DNA of 64,000 nt from a virus (Duplodnaviria > Caudoviricetes). Both the position numbers and the translations under genes were made by a program. The notes below the pieces were generated by a model. That model saw only the letters and a program-made list of their open reading frames with translations. It ran no database searches and had not been told where the DNA came from. Location: positions 3,370 through 67,369 of the IMG/VR virus record IMGVR_UViG_3300045594_000343; one strand, 5' to 3'. This document shows, one piece after another, positions 1 to 8,655 of this stretch (position 1 is its first letter; every line of letters starts with the position of its first letter).

Positions 1-185
1 ATATCACGAACAAACAACAACCATTTCATTGTATGAATCGGGTCTTCTAAATAAGATTGTTTGAATTGTAGCCACGCTATATTTAATTGTTCTTCATTTC
101 CATGTTTATATTGCATAGCCACTTTTTTTAACATTGGAATATTAAAGTTTAAAATTAACAGTTTACTGTTTTCTTTTGCATCCAT
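1..185 (-). CDS. N-terminal fragment of a protein running off the window edge, possibly DUF2828/TROVE-like
   Basis: Hand translation MDAKENSKLL...YLEDPIHTMKWLLFVRD, open to base 1. EDP...LF.RD resembles the start of DUF2828/TROVE-type proteins. Confidence 0.35.
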   Translation of the reverse strand, partial: MDAKENSKLLILNFNIPMLKKVAMQYKHGNEEQLNIAWLQFKQSYLEDPIHTMKWLLFVRD

Positions 186-242
186 TATGTTATCCCTGCT
201 TTCATAAGAACTATATTATCTTTTATTATATTATTTTACGCG

Positions 243-277
243 AAAAAACGCAATCAGAAATGATTGCGTTTTCTTTT
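243..277. terminator. Intrinsic terminator hairpin
   Basis: aaaaaacgcaatca-gaaa-tgattgcgttttctttt inverted repeat flanked by A/T tracts. Confidence 0.7.
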
Positions 278-617
278 AGAAAGAAGGAGAGTTTATTATG
301 TGTTAACCAAAAATACAATTATCATAATAACAAAAATTTCAACAACTGTTAAAATAAAAAGGAGAAAAGTATTATGATTGATACATTGTAATGACAACAT
401 ATATGGACTGCAATTTAAGCAGTAAGATTGTACAATCTGTTTATATCTATCTCAATATGTGTTTATATGAAGTCTATGTACTTTTTTATATTTTTGATTT
501 TCACTTATAATATATATAATGTAATTTATTTTATAACATTATTTTATATGTTTTTTGAACTATTTATCTTATAGAAAATATAATACTAGTATAAAAATAG
601 AAAAGGAAGTATGAATA

Positions 618-983
618 ATGGCTCTTATTGATGAGGTAAAAGATTATATTGATTCTAATCCAGGAGAATTTATTAGCATGTTGGGAGAAGCACTTAACTC
701 TCCTGATGATACATTTTATTCAATTAATGATTTGGATGAACAGCTTGACGGATTGAAACCATCTGAAATTATTAGAAAGGTATTGAATGGCGATTTCAGT
801 TTTAATGATGCAAAGTATTTCTCTTATGATGGATATGCGAATCTTAAATCATATAGCCAATCACAGGCAGAAACAGAGGTAAAAGATTATGACAGCGATA
901 TTGCTGAATATATTATTGGTAATAGTGGCTCTGTCAGTATTTCTAATGAATTAAGAGATATTTTAGACAAAGGCGAAGAATAA
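618..983 (+). CDS. Acidic hypothetical phage protein
   Basis: 121-aa ORF with AAGGAAG RBS, followed by a terminator. The F.FND..YF.YDGYANL motif is typical of phage hypothetical proteins. Confidence 0.75.
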   Translation: MALIDEVKDYIDSNPGEFISMLGEALNSPDDTFYSINDLDEQLDGLKPSEIIRKVLNGDFSFNDAKYFSYDGYANLKSYSQSQAETEVKDYDSDIAEYIIGNSGSVSISNELRDILDKGEE

Positions 984-985
984 AT

Positions 986-1023
986 AAAAAAAGCTATGGG
1001 CTTATAAACCCATAGCTTTTTTT
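986..1023. terminator. Bidirectional intrinsic terminator
   Basis: aaaaaaagctatggg-loop-cccatagcttttttt between convergent genes. Confidence 0.85.
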
Positions 1024-1519
1024 ATTTATTAAATGCTAAGAACGAAATGAATAAACAATAAACGTGTGCATATATTGCTATCCATGAATATCTTTTATTA
1101 CGAATATAATTAAAATATTTAGCATAAACGATATCATAAGTTCGTTCTGTCAATTTTTTACGATGTTTGTTTTTATCTTTAAAGAAAAATCGTTTTAAAC
1201 ATTGAAAAGTTATTGCATAATAATAAAAATATATAAATAAGCAAATAACACTCAATATAGATATTGAAACAGGTATTGTTTTAACAACTAATACAATAAA
1301 TGCAAATGAAACAAGATTCATTAATGCTTTTATAAACAATGCGACAAAATGAAGTCTAACATATCGGCTACTCAATACAGTTGCATCCGTTTCATTAGGA
1401 AACGCTTTCTTGATACCAACAAACAACTCATTAGAATGTTCAGGAGTTACTTTTTTAGTATATGTTCGAACAGCATTTAATTTCCATAAAATTAATAAAA
1501 CAAATATAGTATTTATCAT
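1022..1519 (-). CDS. Hypothetical membrane protein
   Basis: 165-aa ORF with several hydrophobic segments. Confidence 0.65.
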   Translation of the reverse strand: MINTIFVLLILWKLNAVRTYTKKVTPEHSNELFVGIKKAFPNETDATVLSSRYVRLHFVALFIKALMNLVSFAFIVLVVKTIPVSISILSVICLFIYFYYYAITFQCLKRFFFKDKNKHRKKLTERTYDIVYAKYFNYIRNKRYSWIAIYAHVYCLFISFLAFNK

Positions 1520-1537
1520 GATTAAAACTCGATTCTA

Positions 1538-2116
1538 TTATTGATGATATTTTCCAACATTGTCTTTATCTGCAATAAGGTCTGCAATCCAACCTTCAAC
1601 TACAAACGACAATTTGTTATCATCAAAAGTAACATCCTTATATGAAATTTCAATGTTATTATATCCCGTTGGACTTTCTAAGGTTATCCCCTGTCCTTTG
1701 AGCAATTCAGTAAATTCTTTACTTAATGCGCCATTGCTAGTTAATCCAAAATTATCTTTTGCCACAGTATCACTCATATTTGATTTTACATATTGGCAAA
1801 ATGCATTCCATAATACATTTACGTATGCATTTGAAGAATTTCCAAAATATTGTTTTGCTTTATCCTTCAAAGTCGGATTCAATTTTGTTTTAACATCATC
1901 ATCTGAACTAAATTCTTTTGTATATGCATCACTAAACATTCTTTTATCAACATAGTAAGTAATGTCCATCAAAACACTAACCAGCGTTTCATCACCACGA
2001 TTACTACCATCTTTTAATTCAGCAACCGAATCTGATTTTTTTGGTTCAAGCTTCATATTTTTGGCATAGTCCAAATCCAAAGCAATTTTTTTCATTTTAG
2101 TTTTAATAATATTCAT
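1538..2116 (-). CDS. Hypothetical protein
   Basis: 192-aa ORF, collinear with neighbours, RBS upstream. Confidence 0.7.
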   Translation of the reverse strand: MNIIKTKMKKIALDLDYAKNMKLEPKKSDSVAELKDGSNRGDETLVSVLMDITYYVDKRMFSDAYTKEFSSDDDVKTKLNPTLKDKAKQYFGNSSNAYVNVLWNAFCQYVKSNMSDTVAKDNFGLTSNGALSKEFTELLKGQGITLESPTGYNNIEISYKDVTFDDNKLSFVVEGWIADLIADKDNVGKYHQ

Positions 2117-2131
2117 TAATCAGGCACTTCC

Positions 2132-2722
2132 TTATTTAAATTCCCAATAGCCATATTGTTCAAAGATATTATCTTTATGTTTGGTTTGTTCCAAATGATT
2201 CAAGAATCCTTTTGCGGTCTTGAATTTTTTTTTGCATGTATTGCAGATATATGTATTTACAATACGTTTATCTCTAGGTACATCAACACAATTCTGCTCT
2301 GTACGGATGAGTTTTTCCTTATCAAAAGGAGAAGTTAAATATCCATTAATACCATTTTCAATTAATGTAATTAAAAACTTCTTCAATTTATTTATCTTCG
2401 TATTTACAATTGGAATCATAAATGTAATAGATAAACCCTTTAAAATTAATTCGTCATCAGAATTTTTCATATCACAGGAAAAAACAACCTGATAATTTTC
2501 TTTTATTTCTTGATAGGTTAATTTTGTTTTTGATAAATGAATACGGTCATTAAAACAAGAAGCATGTTCTTGCAATCCTTTTCTATACAAATCACAAAAG
2601 AATAACAACATGTTTATATCATTACCATTTTCTTTTTTATAATCATCAAACAGTTTCCATAAAATTATTTCACTTTGTTTAAGAAGTTCTTCGTTTATTT
2701 TAGACATTATATTTTTCACCAC
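2132..2722 (-). CDS. Protein with C-terminal C2H2 zinc finger
   Basis: CNTCKKKFKTAKGFLNHLEQTKH fits C-x2-C-x3-F-x8-H-x5-H. Confidence 0.65.
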   Translation of the reverse strand: MVKNIMSKINEELLKQSEIILWKLFDDYKKENGNDINMLLFFCDLYRKGLQEHASCFNDRIHLSKTKLTYQEIKENYQVVFSCDMKNSDDELILKGLSITFMIPIVNTKINKLKKFLITLIENGINGYLTSPFDKEKLIRTEQNCVDVPRDKRIVNTYICNTCKKKFKTAKGFLNHLEQTKHKDNIFEQYGYWEFK

Positions 2723-2738
2723 CCATTAAAAAGGGACA

Positions 2739-2915
2739 TTAATTTGCCCCTTTAAATGATTCAATCTCGCAATCCAAATCCCTATATTCTTTAATCATTG
2801 TTTTTAATGTTTCTAGGTTTTCAGAAGTGTATTTCATATTTACCAATTTAATGGTTACTTCTTTTTTTTCCTTTAATGCCAATCTATAGGCAAATTCATT
2901 TTTATAATTAATCAT
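2739..2915 (-). CDS. Small hypothetical protein (58 aa, not in ORF track)
   Basis: Hand translation MINYKNEFAYRLALKEKKEVTIKLVNMKY...ESFKGAN*, which fills the gap between collinear genes. Confidence 0.6.
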   Translation of the reverse strand: MINYKNEFAYRLALKEKKEVTIKLVNMKYTSENLETLKTMIKEYRDLDCEIESFKGAN

Positions 2916-2919
2916 AATA

Positions 2920-3369
2920 TCAAAACCACATAAAATCTCTGGGGCTTATTGGTTTGTCAAATGAATGTACTTTGCGAGGGTCAGGTCTTGTATTTTTCCA
3001 ACGTTTCAAAATCTCATTTTCTTCTTTCCTTGATTCAGGCTCTACATTTTTATGTTTTTGCTCTAACTCGTGTCTATTTTCTTTCACATCATTTGTTATT
3101 TTTTGCAAAAATCCTTCTTCAATAAATCCATTGTTTTCAGCAAAGGCAGATAAATTAACAATCTCGCTGAATAATTTTGCTGAAATAACGACTTTATTAT
3201 TAGGAATGACAGGTGTTGCTGATTGTTTGTTTTCTAATTCTACTCGTTCGGAATTAATAGTGGAATAAATACAATCTAAAATCATATTTTTAATATCTTC
3301 TTTATTTTGAACAAGTACCTTATCTAATTTATTGGAAATTTTATTTGAAATTTCTTGCTCATTCATCAT
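2920..3369 (-). CDS. Hypothetical protein
   Basis: ORF 2920..3468. Start is more likely at MMNEQ, overlapping the stop of the upstream gene. Confidence 0.65.
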   Translation of the reverse strand: MMNEQEISNKISNKLDKVLVQNKEDIKNMILDCIYSTINSERVELENKQSATPVIPNNKVVISAKLFSEIVNLSAFAENNGFIEEGFLQKITNDVKENRHELEQKHKNVEPESRKEENEILKRWKNTRPDPRKVHSFDKPISPRDFMWF

Positions 3370-3931
3370 CTGTTTTTTCCACCTTTTCATCTTGTTTTGT
3401 TGAGTCATTTGCTTTTGATTCAGCCTGTTTTTGCTCCAATTCTTTTTGTGCATTTTTGATTTCTTCAATCAATTTATTAGAGGTTTGTTTTGTTGCTGTT
3501 AGTTGTTTTTGACATTTATTAATAAGTGCAAAAACATCAGGATAATACATGAGAATAATTAATTTTGTTGGAATTTCAATCTCATATTTAAATTTTGTTT
3601 CATCAATATGTGTTAAATTAATGTGGTTCGAATTTTGTTCTCCAAACATTAGCATTGCAGACCATTTTTCTAATCCTTGTTTGCTTTTCGTTAGAAAATA
3701 AACATCATTTAATTCAAAGTCAAATACAATGCTAACGTTATAATCATTTGAATCCAATACTCTAACGTAAATTTGCCCTTTAAACCCATTTAAATAATCC
3801 ATTGCACTTTTTAATTGTGCTTTAACAATTGCATTCGTTGAATTCAATTCTTCTATTGTATAATATTCACCTTGTGCAATATAACGATTAAAATCATTTT
3901 GTTCAATATTTAACTTAAGTTCATATGCCAT
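3359..3931 (-). CDS. Hypothetical protein with coiled-coil C-terminus
   Basis: 190-aa ORF abutting the stop of the NusG-like gene. Confidence 0.7.
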   Translation of the reverse strand: MAYELKLNIEQNDFNRYIAQGEYYTIEELNSTNAIVKAQLKSAMDYLNGFKGQIYVRVLDSNDYNVSIVFDFELNDVYFLTKSKQGLEKWSAMLMFGEQNSNHINLTHIDETKFKYEIEIPTKLIILMYYPDVFALINKCQKQLTATKQTSNKLIEEIKNAQKELEQKQAESKANDSTKQDEKVEKTDDE

Positions 3932-4461
3932 TATTTTGTTCCTTTCTTTTCTGCTTCAATTAATACTGCATTAACATCAACAGTATTTGAGTTAAACATG
4001 TGATATTTTTCATCTTGTTTTTGTTTTAACTCTTTTTCTTCTTGTTTTGTAAAGCCTTCAACACATTGTTGCTGTTTCATCATGTCTATATCATGTTGAT
4101 ATAAATAAGAGGGAATACCTCCTGTTGATAAAATAACTGCTGCGCCTGTGGTAGTACGTAGCAAATTCCATAATTTCTCCGTCATGATGCATTTCACAAA
4201 CACATAATTTGAAAAACATCCCTTAACCTTATGAATTTTGTCTTTTTCAGTTCCGTCAATCAACTTCACTTTTTCTTTTGTGTATTTAATAGGAATATAA
4301 TATTCACTAATAAGCTTTTCCAGATTAGTGTCTTGAATTGCTTGCTGAACATTATCAATATATTTTTCTTCATAATTGAATTTTGTAACAACAGTATACC
4401 ACACATATTCCTTTGGCACAACACTTAAATCAACTGAACCTAACATGATTTTTTTAAACAT
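3931..4461 (-). CDS. nusG: NusG-like transcription factor, NGN domain only
   Basis: WYTVVTKFNYEEKY...EYYIP...KGCFSNYVFVKCIMTEKLWNLLRTTTGAAVILSTGGIPSYL aligns with the NusG NGN domain (WYVVHTYSGYE...VFPGYVLVEM.MTD..W..VRNTPGVTGF). No KOW motif follows. Start reassigned to MFKK (RBS GAAGGGA). Confidence 0.8.
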   Translation of the reverse strand: MFKKIMLGSVDLSVVPKEYVWYTVVTKFNYEEKYIDNVQQAIQDTNLEKLISEYYIPIKYTKEKVKLIDGTEKDKIHKVKGCFSNYVFVKCIMTEKLWNLLRTTTGAAVILSTGGIPSYLYQHDIDMMKQQQCVEGFTKQEEKELKQKQDEKYHMFNSNTVDVNAVLIEAEKKGTK

Positions 4462-4612
4462 CAAATCCCTTCTTTCTGTTGTTATTATATGCATTATTGC
4501 AAAACAAAAACAACTATAAGGGGGAAACCTTAATAGTTGTTTTTGAGTCATCTATCTGTTTTTTCGTCCGTTTTTTGCACCGCCAATAATAACATATATT
4601 GAATAGGGATAT

Positions 4613-5014
4613 TTATTTCTCATCATTTTCAAGTTTTGTAGTTGGTTTAATTGAAATTTTGGTTTCAAGTGTGTGGAAAAGATAATTCATAGCTGAACGT
4701 GTTACTTGATATTCTTTTGCAATTGCAGATAAACTTTTATGACTTTCTAATCGAGAACAAATCATATCATATGCAAGTCTATCTTTGAGCGAACCTCCCT
4801 TTGAATAATTTGTTAATTTAATTGCATTTACTGACTTTACCGCATTATCAACCGACCCAAAATAACGACTAATCAGTGAGTAATCAGATTTGTATTGCTT
4901 TCTATATTTGCGAATGTCAATACAATTGTTTTCGTCAATACTATCTCGAAGTGACTTAATAATCCGTTCCTTTGTATCTTTTCTTTTCTGTGTAATTGTT
5001 ACTTCATTTTTCAT
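4613..5014 (-). CDS. Putative DNA-binding (HTH) protein
   Basis: C-terminal SLSAIAKEYQVTRSAMNYLF helix-turn-helix pattern, plus an internal YFGSVDNAV motif. Confidence 0.55.
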   Translation of the reverse strand: MKNEVTITQKRKDTKERIIKSLRDSIDENNCIDIRKYRKQYKSDYSLISRYFGSVDNAVKSVNAIKLTNYSKGGSLKDRLAYDMICSRLESHKSLSAIAKEYQVTRSAMNYLFHTLETKISIKPTTKLENDEK

Positions 5015-5031
5015 AATTTATCACCCTTCAT

Positions 5032-6456
5032 TTATTTTTCGTCTAAAGTTAACTCTGTACTTCTACCAAATGGCGGTTTGTTGTTATTTGTTGTATAAAT
5101 CCAAAGTACAGGAACACCATTTGTAATTTTTTCTTCAGGATAATCACAATATCCATCTGTAAGGATAATGATACCATTAATATCCGGGAATTTATCACGA
5201 TTGTTATTCACGAAATCAAAAATACACTCATAACTTGTTCCACCACCGCCAAATGGGGAAAGTTTTGAAATATCACCATTTGTATCATCAAAATTGTAAT
5301 AATGGCTACTAACATCCGAATCAAAAAACAAAAGCGTTCCATGGAGATTCTTTTCAAACTGATTGATTGCTCCCTGAATTTCAGAATAGCAAACATTGAT
5401 TTCTCGTTCACCCATTGAACCAGAGGTATCAACAAAGAACAAAACGTCCTTTACAACTTCCGTCTTATCATTGAAGTCAAACATAAAGAAATCGCCGTCA
5501 AAACGTCTATCAGGTGGCATCAATGAATAATCATTGACTTCTTCCTGCACAAATTCTTGAAGCAGGGTTTTCCAATTTTTCTGTGGATGTGTAATTTTTG
5601 CGACAGCCATCTGAATTCCTGCTACACAAACTCCCTGCTGTTTCAAGGTTTCATTTGCCACAAGCAACTTGCCTTGCCAATCGATTTCATTAGCACGTTT
5701 TTCGTTTTCAGAAGCATTATCCGCTTTTTTCCACGTTTCATGATTAGAAGGAGCTTTAATATTACGCTTGCCAATAGATACCACAGCAGACTCGCCATCA
5801 TTGCCTGAATTGGATTTATTTTTCTTTTTTGATTTACCTTTAGAACCATTACCGCCATTGTTTTGGTTTTCATCTTCTGAATCACCATCAGAGCCGTTAG
5901 AGTTCCCAGAATTGTTCTGTTTGTCACCAGTACCATTTTGTGAACTAGACTGATTGAAATATTGGATTTTAGCATTTTTCTTAATTTCTGAATAAATTTC
6001 TTCTGCACATTTACCTGCATACTTTTCATCAAAAAGGACATCTTTTGGCATAATAATCTTATGTGCAAGAGATTCGCCATACTGTCCAAATCTACGCTTT
6101 AAATCATCATAACAAGCACTACTCACTTCATTAATCAAAGCGTTAATTGCAAAATCTGTTGCAACGTTCCACAGTGGGAAAATACGACCATCTCTACGCC
6201 ACAAATGACCCATAGCGCAATGCATTACTTCATGCATCAATACAAAACTAACCTCACCCTGCTGAAGTTTTTCAACGAATTTAGAATTAAACATAATTCG
6301 CTTACCATCAGTACACATAGTTGGCTGGTCATTATCTTCAATGACTTCCATCTGCAAAAGCAATGAAGCAAAAAAACCATAATCTGTTACCATACAATTA
6401 ATTGATTTTGTGATTTTATCTTTAGCTGAAATTTTTAATTCGCTTTTCATAATCAT
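5032..6456 (-). CDS. DUF2201-type metallopeptidase-like plus vWA domain protein
   Basis: TMCTDG motif, HEVMH (HExxH), low-complexity N/G/S linker, and a C-terminal vWA with FVDTSGSM, GGGGTS and ILTDG. Confidence 0.85.
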   Translation of the reverse strand: MIMKSELKISAKDKITKSINCMVTDYGFFASLLLQMEVIEDNDQPTMCTDGKRIMFNSKFVEKLQQGEVSFVLMHEVMHCAMGHLWRRDGRIFPLWNVATDFAINALINEVSSACYDDLKRRFGQYGESLAHKIIMPKDVLFDEKYAGKCAEEIYSEIKKNAKIQYFNQSSSQNGTGDKQNNSGNSNGSDGDSEDENQNNGGNGSKGKSKKKNKSNSGNDGESAVVSIGKRNIKAPSNHETWKKADNASENEKRANEIDWQGKLLVANETLKQQGVCVAGIQMAVAKITHPQKNWKTLLQEFVQEEVNDYSLMPPDRRFDGDFFMFDFNDKTEVVKDVLFFVDTSGSMGEREINVCYSEIQGAINQFEKNLHGTLLFFDSDVSSHYYNFDDTNGDISKLSPFGGGGTSYECIFDFVNNNRDKFPDINGIIILTDGYCDYPEEKITNGVPVLWIYTTNNNKPPFGRSTELTLDEK

Positions 6457-6477
6457 AATCCCCTTTCATTTACTTAT

Positions 6478-6506
6478 ATTATATCACATTGTTTAAACAG
6501 TGTCAA
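6478..6506 (-). promoter_or_regulatory. Consensus sigma70/sigmaA promoter with extended -10
   Basis: TTGACA (6506-6501), 17 nt, TGA-TATAAT (6483-6478) upstream of the vWA gene. Confidence 0.85.
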
Positions 6507-6528
6507 TGATTTTTTACAAATAAATAAC

Positions 6529-6555
6529 AAAAAAGGGAGATGTTATCCCCCTTTT
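6529..6555. terminator. Intrinsic terminator after the AAA ATPase gene
   Basis: aaaaaagggaga-tgtta-tcccccttttt-like hairpin with A/T tracts. Confidence 0.65.
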
Positions 6556-6557
6556 GA

Positions 6558-7718
6558 TTATATAATTTCGTCAGACAGTTCATCCATGAGCTTAGAGAAC
6601 CCCTGCGACTGGAAAATAAGATTCTTGATTTCCGAATCATTGGAGCGGAACATATCTTTGCAACAAAGAACGACATATTCACGACGGGGAATAGAATCAA
6701 TAAATGTAGCAACATTATCCAGAATAACGCTGAATGCGTCTACCTGCTTTTTGTTTCTAATATTGACCTTTTTTGCCTCTTCACTACAACGTGAAGCAAT
6801 CAGAGTTGACAATGCATACATAGTGTCAGGCTTGCAAGTAGCAATGTTTTTCGGCAATTCCGTAGTTTTACCACTTGCAATATCCTCCCAATTTGGAAGC
6901 TTGTCATATACTGAAATATACGTTTTGAATGCAGAAGCCGTACCAAGACCAATTGAACCAGCAATGCAAGAATAAACACTATTAAAATCATTTGCAGATT
7001 TCAAATATGTATCTACCATTTCCCATGAACGTGGTGTTGGGAATGCTACATCATCCGTATCCGTATCAAACATATTAAGATACTGATGGTCATGGTTAAT
7101 AAAACCAATAATACGGGTATCAATGTCATGCTTGTATGCCCATTTCTTCCAATCCTCTACAGAGCATACCATCTCAAAGTGAGTAAGACGATTACCCAGC
7201 GGTTTCGGCATCTTGTATGCAACTGCCTTATCCGTTACACGATTTCCTGCTGCAATGACAAAGCAATTTTCAGGAAGCTTATGCTCACCCACACGCTTAT
7301 CCAAACAAATCTGATATGCAGCGGCCTGAACAGAAGGTGGAGCTGCAGAAATTTCATCCAGGAACAGGATGTTGATTACCTTATCCGAATCGCTCATTTT
7401 GAAAATTTCAGGAGTAAGCCATTTTGCTACCATATCACCATCAGCATTTGTGTCTTTTGTTGGAATACCGCGCAAATCAATTGGTGACATGAGAAGAAGT
7501 GAAGCTGTTGTTACAACAACCTTCTTGTGCGTTTTGGCTTCAAGATGTTTTGCAAGCTCGCCAACTGCCTGTGATTTACCGATTCCTGGCTGACCCCAAA
7601 GCATTTTTGTTGGCTGTTTTGAAAACGTATCAGGATTGCTATAGAGATTTGTAAACAAATCAATCATTTCATTTGGAACGACCTGCATATAGTTGCCACT
7701 ATTAATATTCTTACCCAT
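6558..7718 (-). CDS. MoxR-like AAA+ ATPase
   Basis: Walker A WGQPGIGKS, DLRGIP, Walker B LFLDEI, AAGNR, FPTPRSWE; adjacent to the vWA partner gene. Confidence 0.88.
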   Translation of the reverse strand: MGKNINSGNYMQVVPNEMIDLFTNLYSNPDTFSKQPTKMLWGQPGIGKSQAVGELAKHLEAKTHKKVVVTTASLLLMSPIDLRGIPTKDTNADGDMVAKWLTPEIFKMSDSDKVINILFLDEISAAPPSVQAAAYQICLDKRVGEHKLPENCFVIAAGNRVTDKAVAYKMPKPLGNRLTHFEMVCSVEDWKKWAYKHDIDTRIIGFINHDHQYLNMFDTDTDDVAFPTPRSWEMVDTYLKSANDFNSVYSCIAGSIGLGTASAFKTYISVYDKLPNWEDIASGKTTELPKNIATCKPDTMYALSTLIASRCSEEAKKVNIRNKKQVDAFSVILDNVATFIDSIPRREYVVLCCKDMFRSNDSEIKNLIFQSQGFSKLMDELSDEII

Positions 7719-7752
7719 TTTTTATTCTATCTCCTTTTTTAATACTGTTGAT

Positions 7753-7781
7753 ATTATACATTATTTGTTTTATCAAGTCAA
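7753..7781 (-). promoter_or_regulatory. sigma70-type promoter
   Basis: TTGACT, 17 nt, TATAAT upstream of the AAA gene. Confidence 0.75.
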
Positions 7782-7788
7782 CACTTTT

Positions 7789-7959
7789 TTAATTATTGAT
7801 TTTGGAAAGTTTAATGAGTACATTAAGTTTTTCCATAGCATGACTCAATTTCATAATAGCGACATCAATAAACTCTTTGTCCGCATAATCGAACTGCTTC
7901 TGTGCGATTTCTACCTGTGCAACCGCTTCATTAATTTCATCATTTTTTGTCAAACACAT
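7789..7959 (-). CDS. Small DUF2508/YaaL-like protein (56 aa, not in ORF track)
   Basis: Hand translation MCLTKNDEINEAVAQVEIAQKQFDYADKEFIDVAIMKLSHAMEKLNVLIKLSKINN*. The A...F.....D.ID.AI..L.A....L pattern recalls YaaL/DUF2508. Confidence 0.55.
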   Translation of the reverse strand: MCLTKNDEINEAVAQVEIAQKQFDYADKEFIDVAIMKLSHAMEKLNVLIKLSKINN

Positions 7960-7996
7960 AATTTATTCACCAACTTTCCTTTCTTTCATTATCTTA

Positions 7997-8095
7997 ATTA
8001 TATCACATACTAAGATAATTGTCAACAAGTTTTTATTTTTTTATTTCCTTTTTTCAACCTACATACATATTATCACATAAAACAATATTTGTCAA
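7997..8095 (-). promoter_or_regulatory. Two tandem sigma70-type promoters
   Basis: TTGACA-17-TGA-TATAAT (8025..7997) and TTGACA-17-TAATAT (8095..8067). Confidence 0.75.
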
Positions 8096-8109
8096 TATTA
8101 TTTTAAAAT

Positions 8110-8140
8110 AAAAAGGCACTCAAAAAATGAGTGCCTTTTT
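8110..8140. terminator. Intrinsic terminator
   Basis: aaaaaggcactca-aaaaa-tgagtgccttttt. Confidence 0.85.
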
Positions 8141-8142
8141 AT

Positions 8143-8652
8143 TTATTGATGAGTCTTCAATGCTCTATTTAACAATATCATAATTTCCATTACATGTTCA
8201 TTTAAATCAAAAATACGCTGTTTGTTTTTGGGGTTCTTAAAATATTCTTCTTTATACTCCCCTGTTAAATATTTTCCTGAACGCATATATTTTAATAAAC
8301 AATCTATGGATTTTTCTAAATCTTCTATATTTAAATCAAACTCATTAACAGTATTATCAATGTTTAAATTTGTAATGCTTCGTGTTTTAATTTTTTTAAT
8401 TATTGTCGAATTTCCATTATAAATTTCATTTAATGTTTTTGCAGATTCAACCTGAGTAGGACAATTAATATTTGAAGTGTCTTCAAACACTTCATCTATT
8501 CCTTGATGATTATCATAACCAACAGTAAGCGTTCTAAGAAGTTCTGCTGATAATCTAGACCAATCATCACTATCTTTACTTCCTAAAATATTACCCTGTT
8601 TATATTCATTAATTATTCTCATTGCTTCTTGTTTAGTAGTATTATCAACCAT
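8143..8652 (-). CDS. Hypothetical protein
   Basis: 169-aa ORF directly downstream of the glycosyltransferase gene. Confidence 0.7.
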   Translation of the reverse strand: MVDNTTKQEAMRIINEYKQGNILGSKDSDDWSRLSAELLRTLTVGYDNHQGIDEVFEDTSNINCPTQVESAKTLNEIYNGNSTIIKKIKTRSITNLNIDNTVNEFDLNIEDLEKSIDCLLKYMRSGKYLTGEYKEEYFKNPKNKQRIFDLNEHVMEIMILLNRALKTHQ

Positions 8653-8655
8653 AAT

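Noticed and set aside
440-615. Very AT-rich stretch as a replication origin
   Set aside because: There are no iterons or DnaA boxes, and the composition is not clearly different from other promoter regions in this AT-rich genome.
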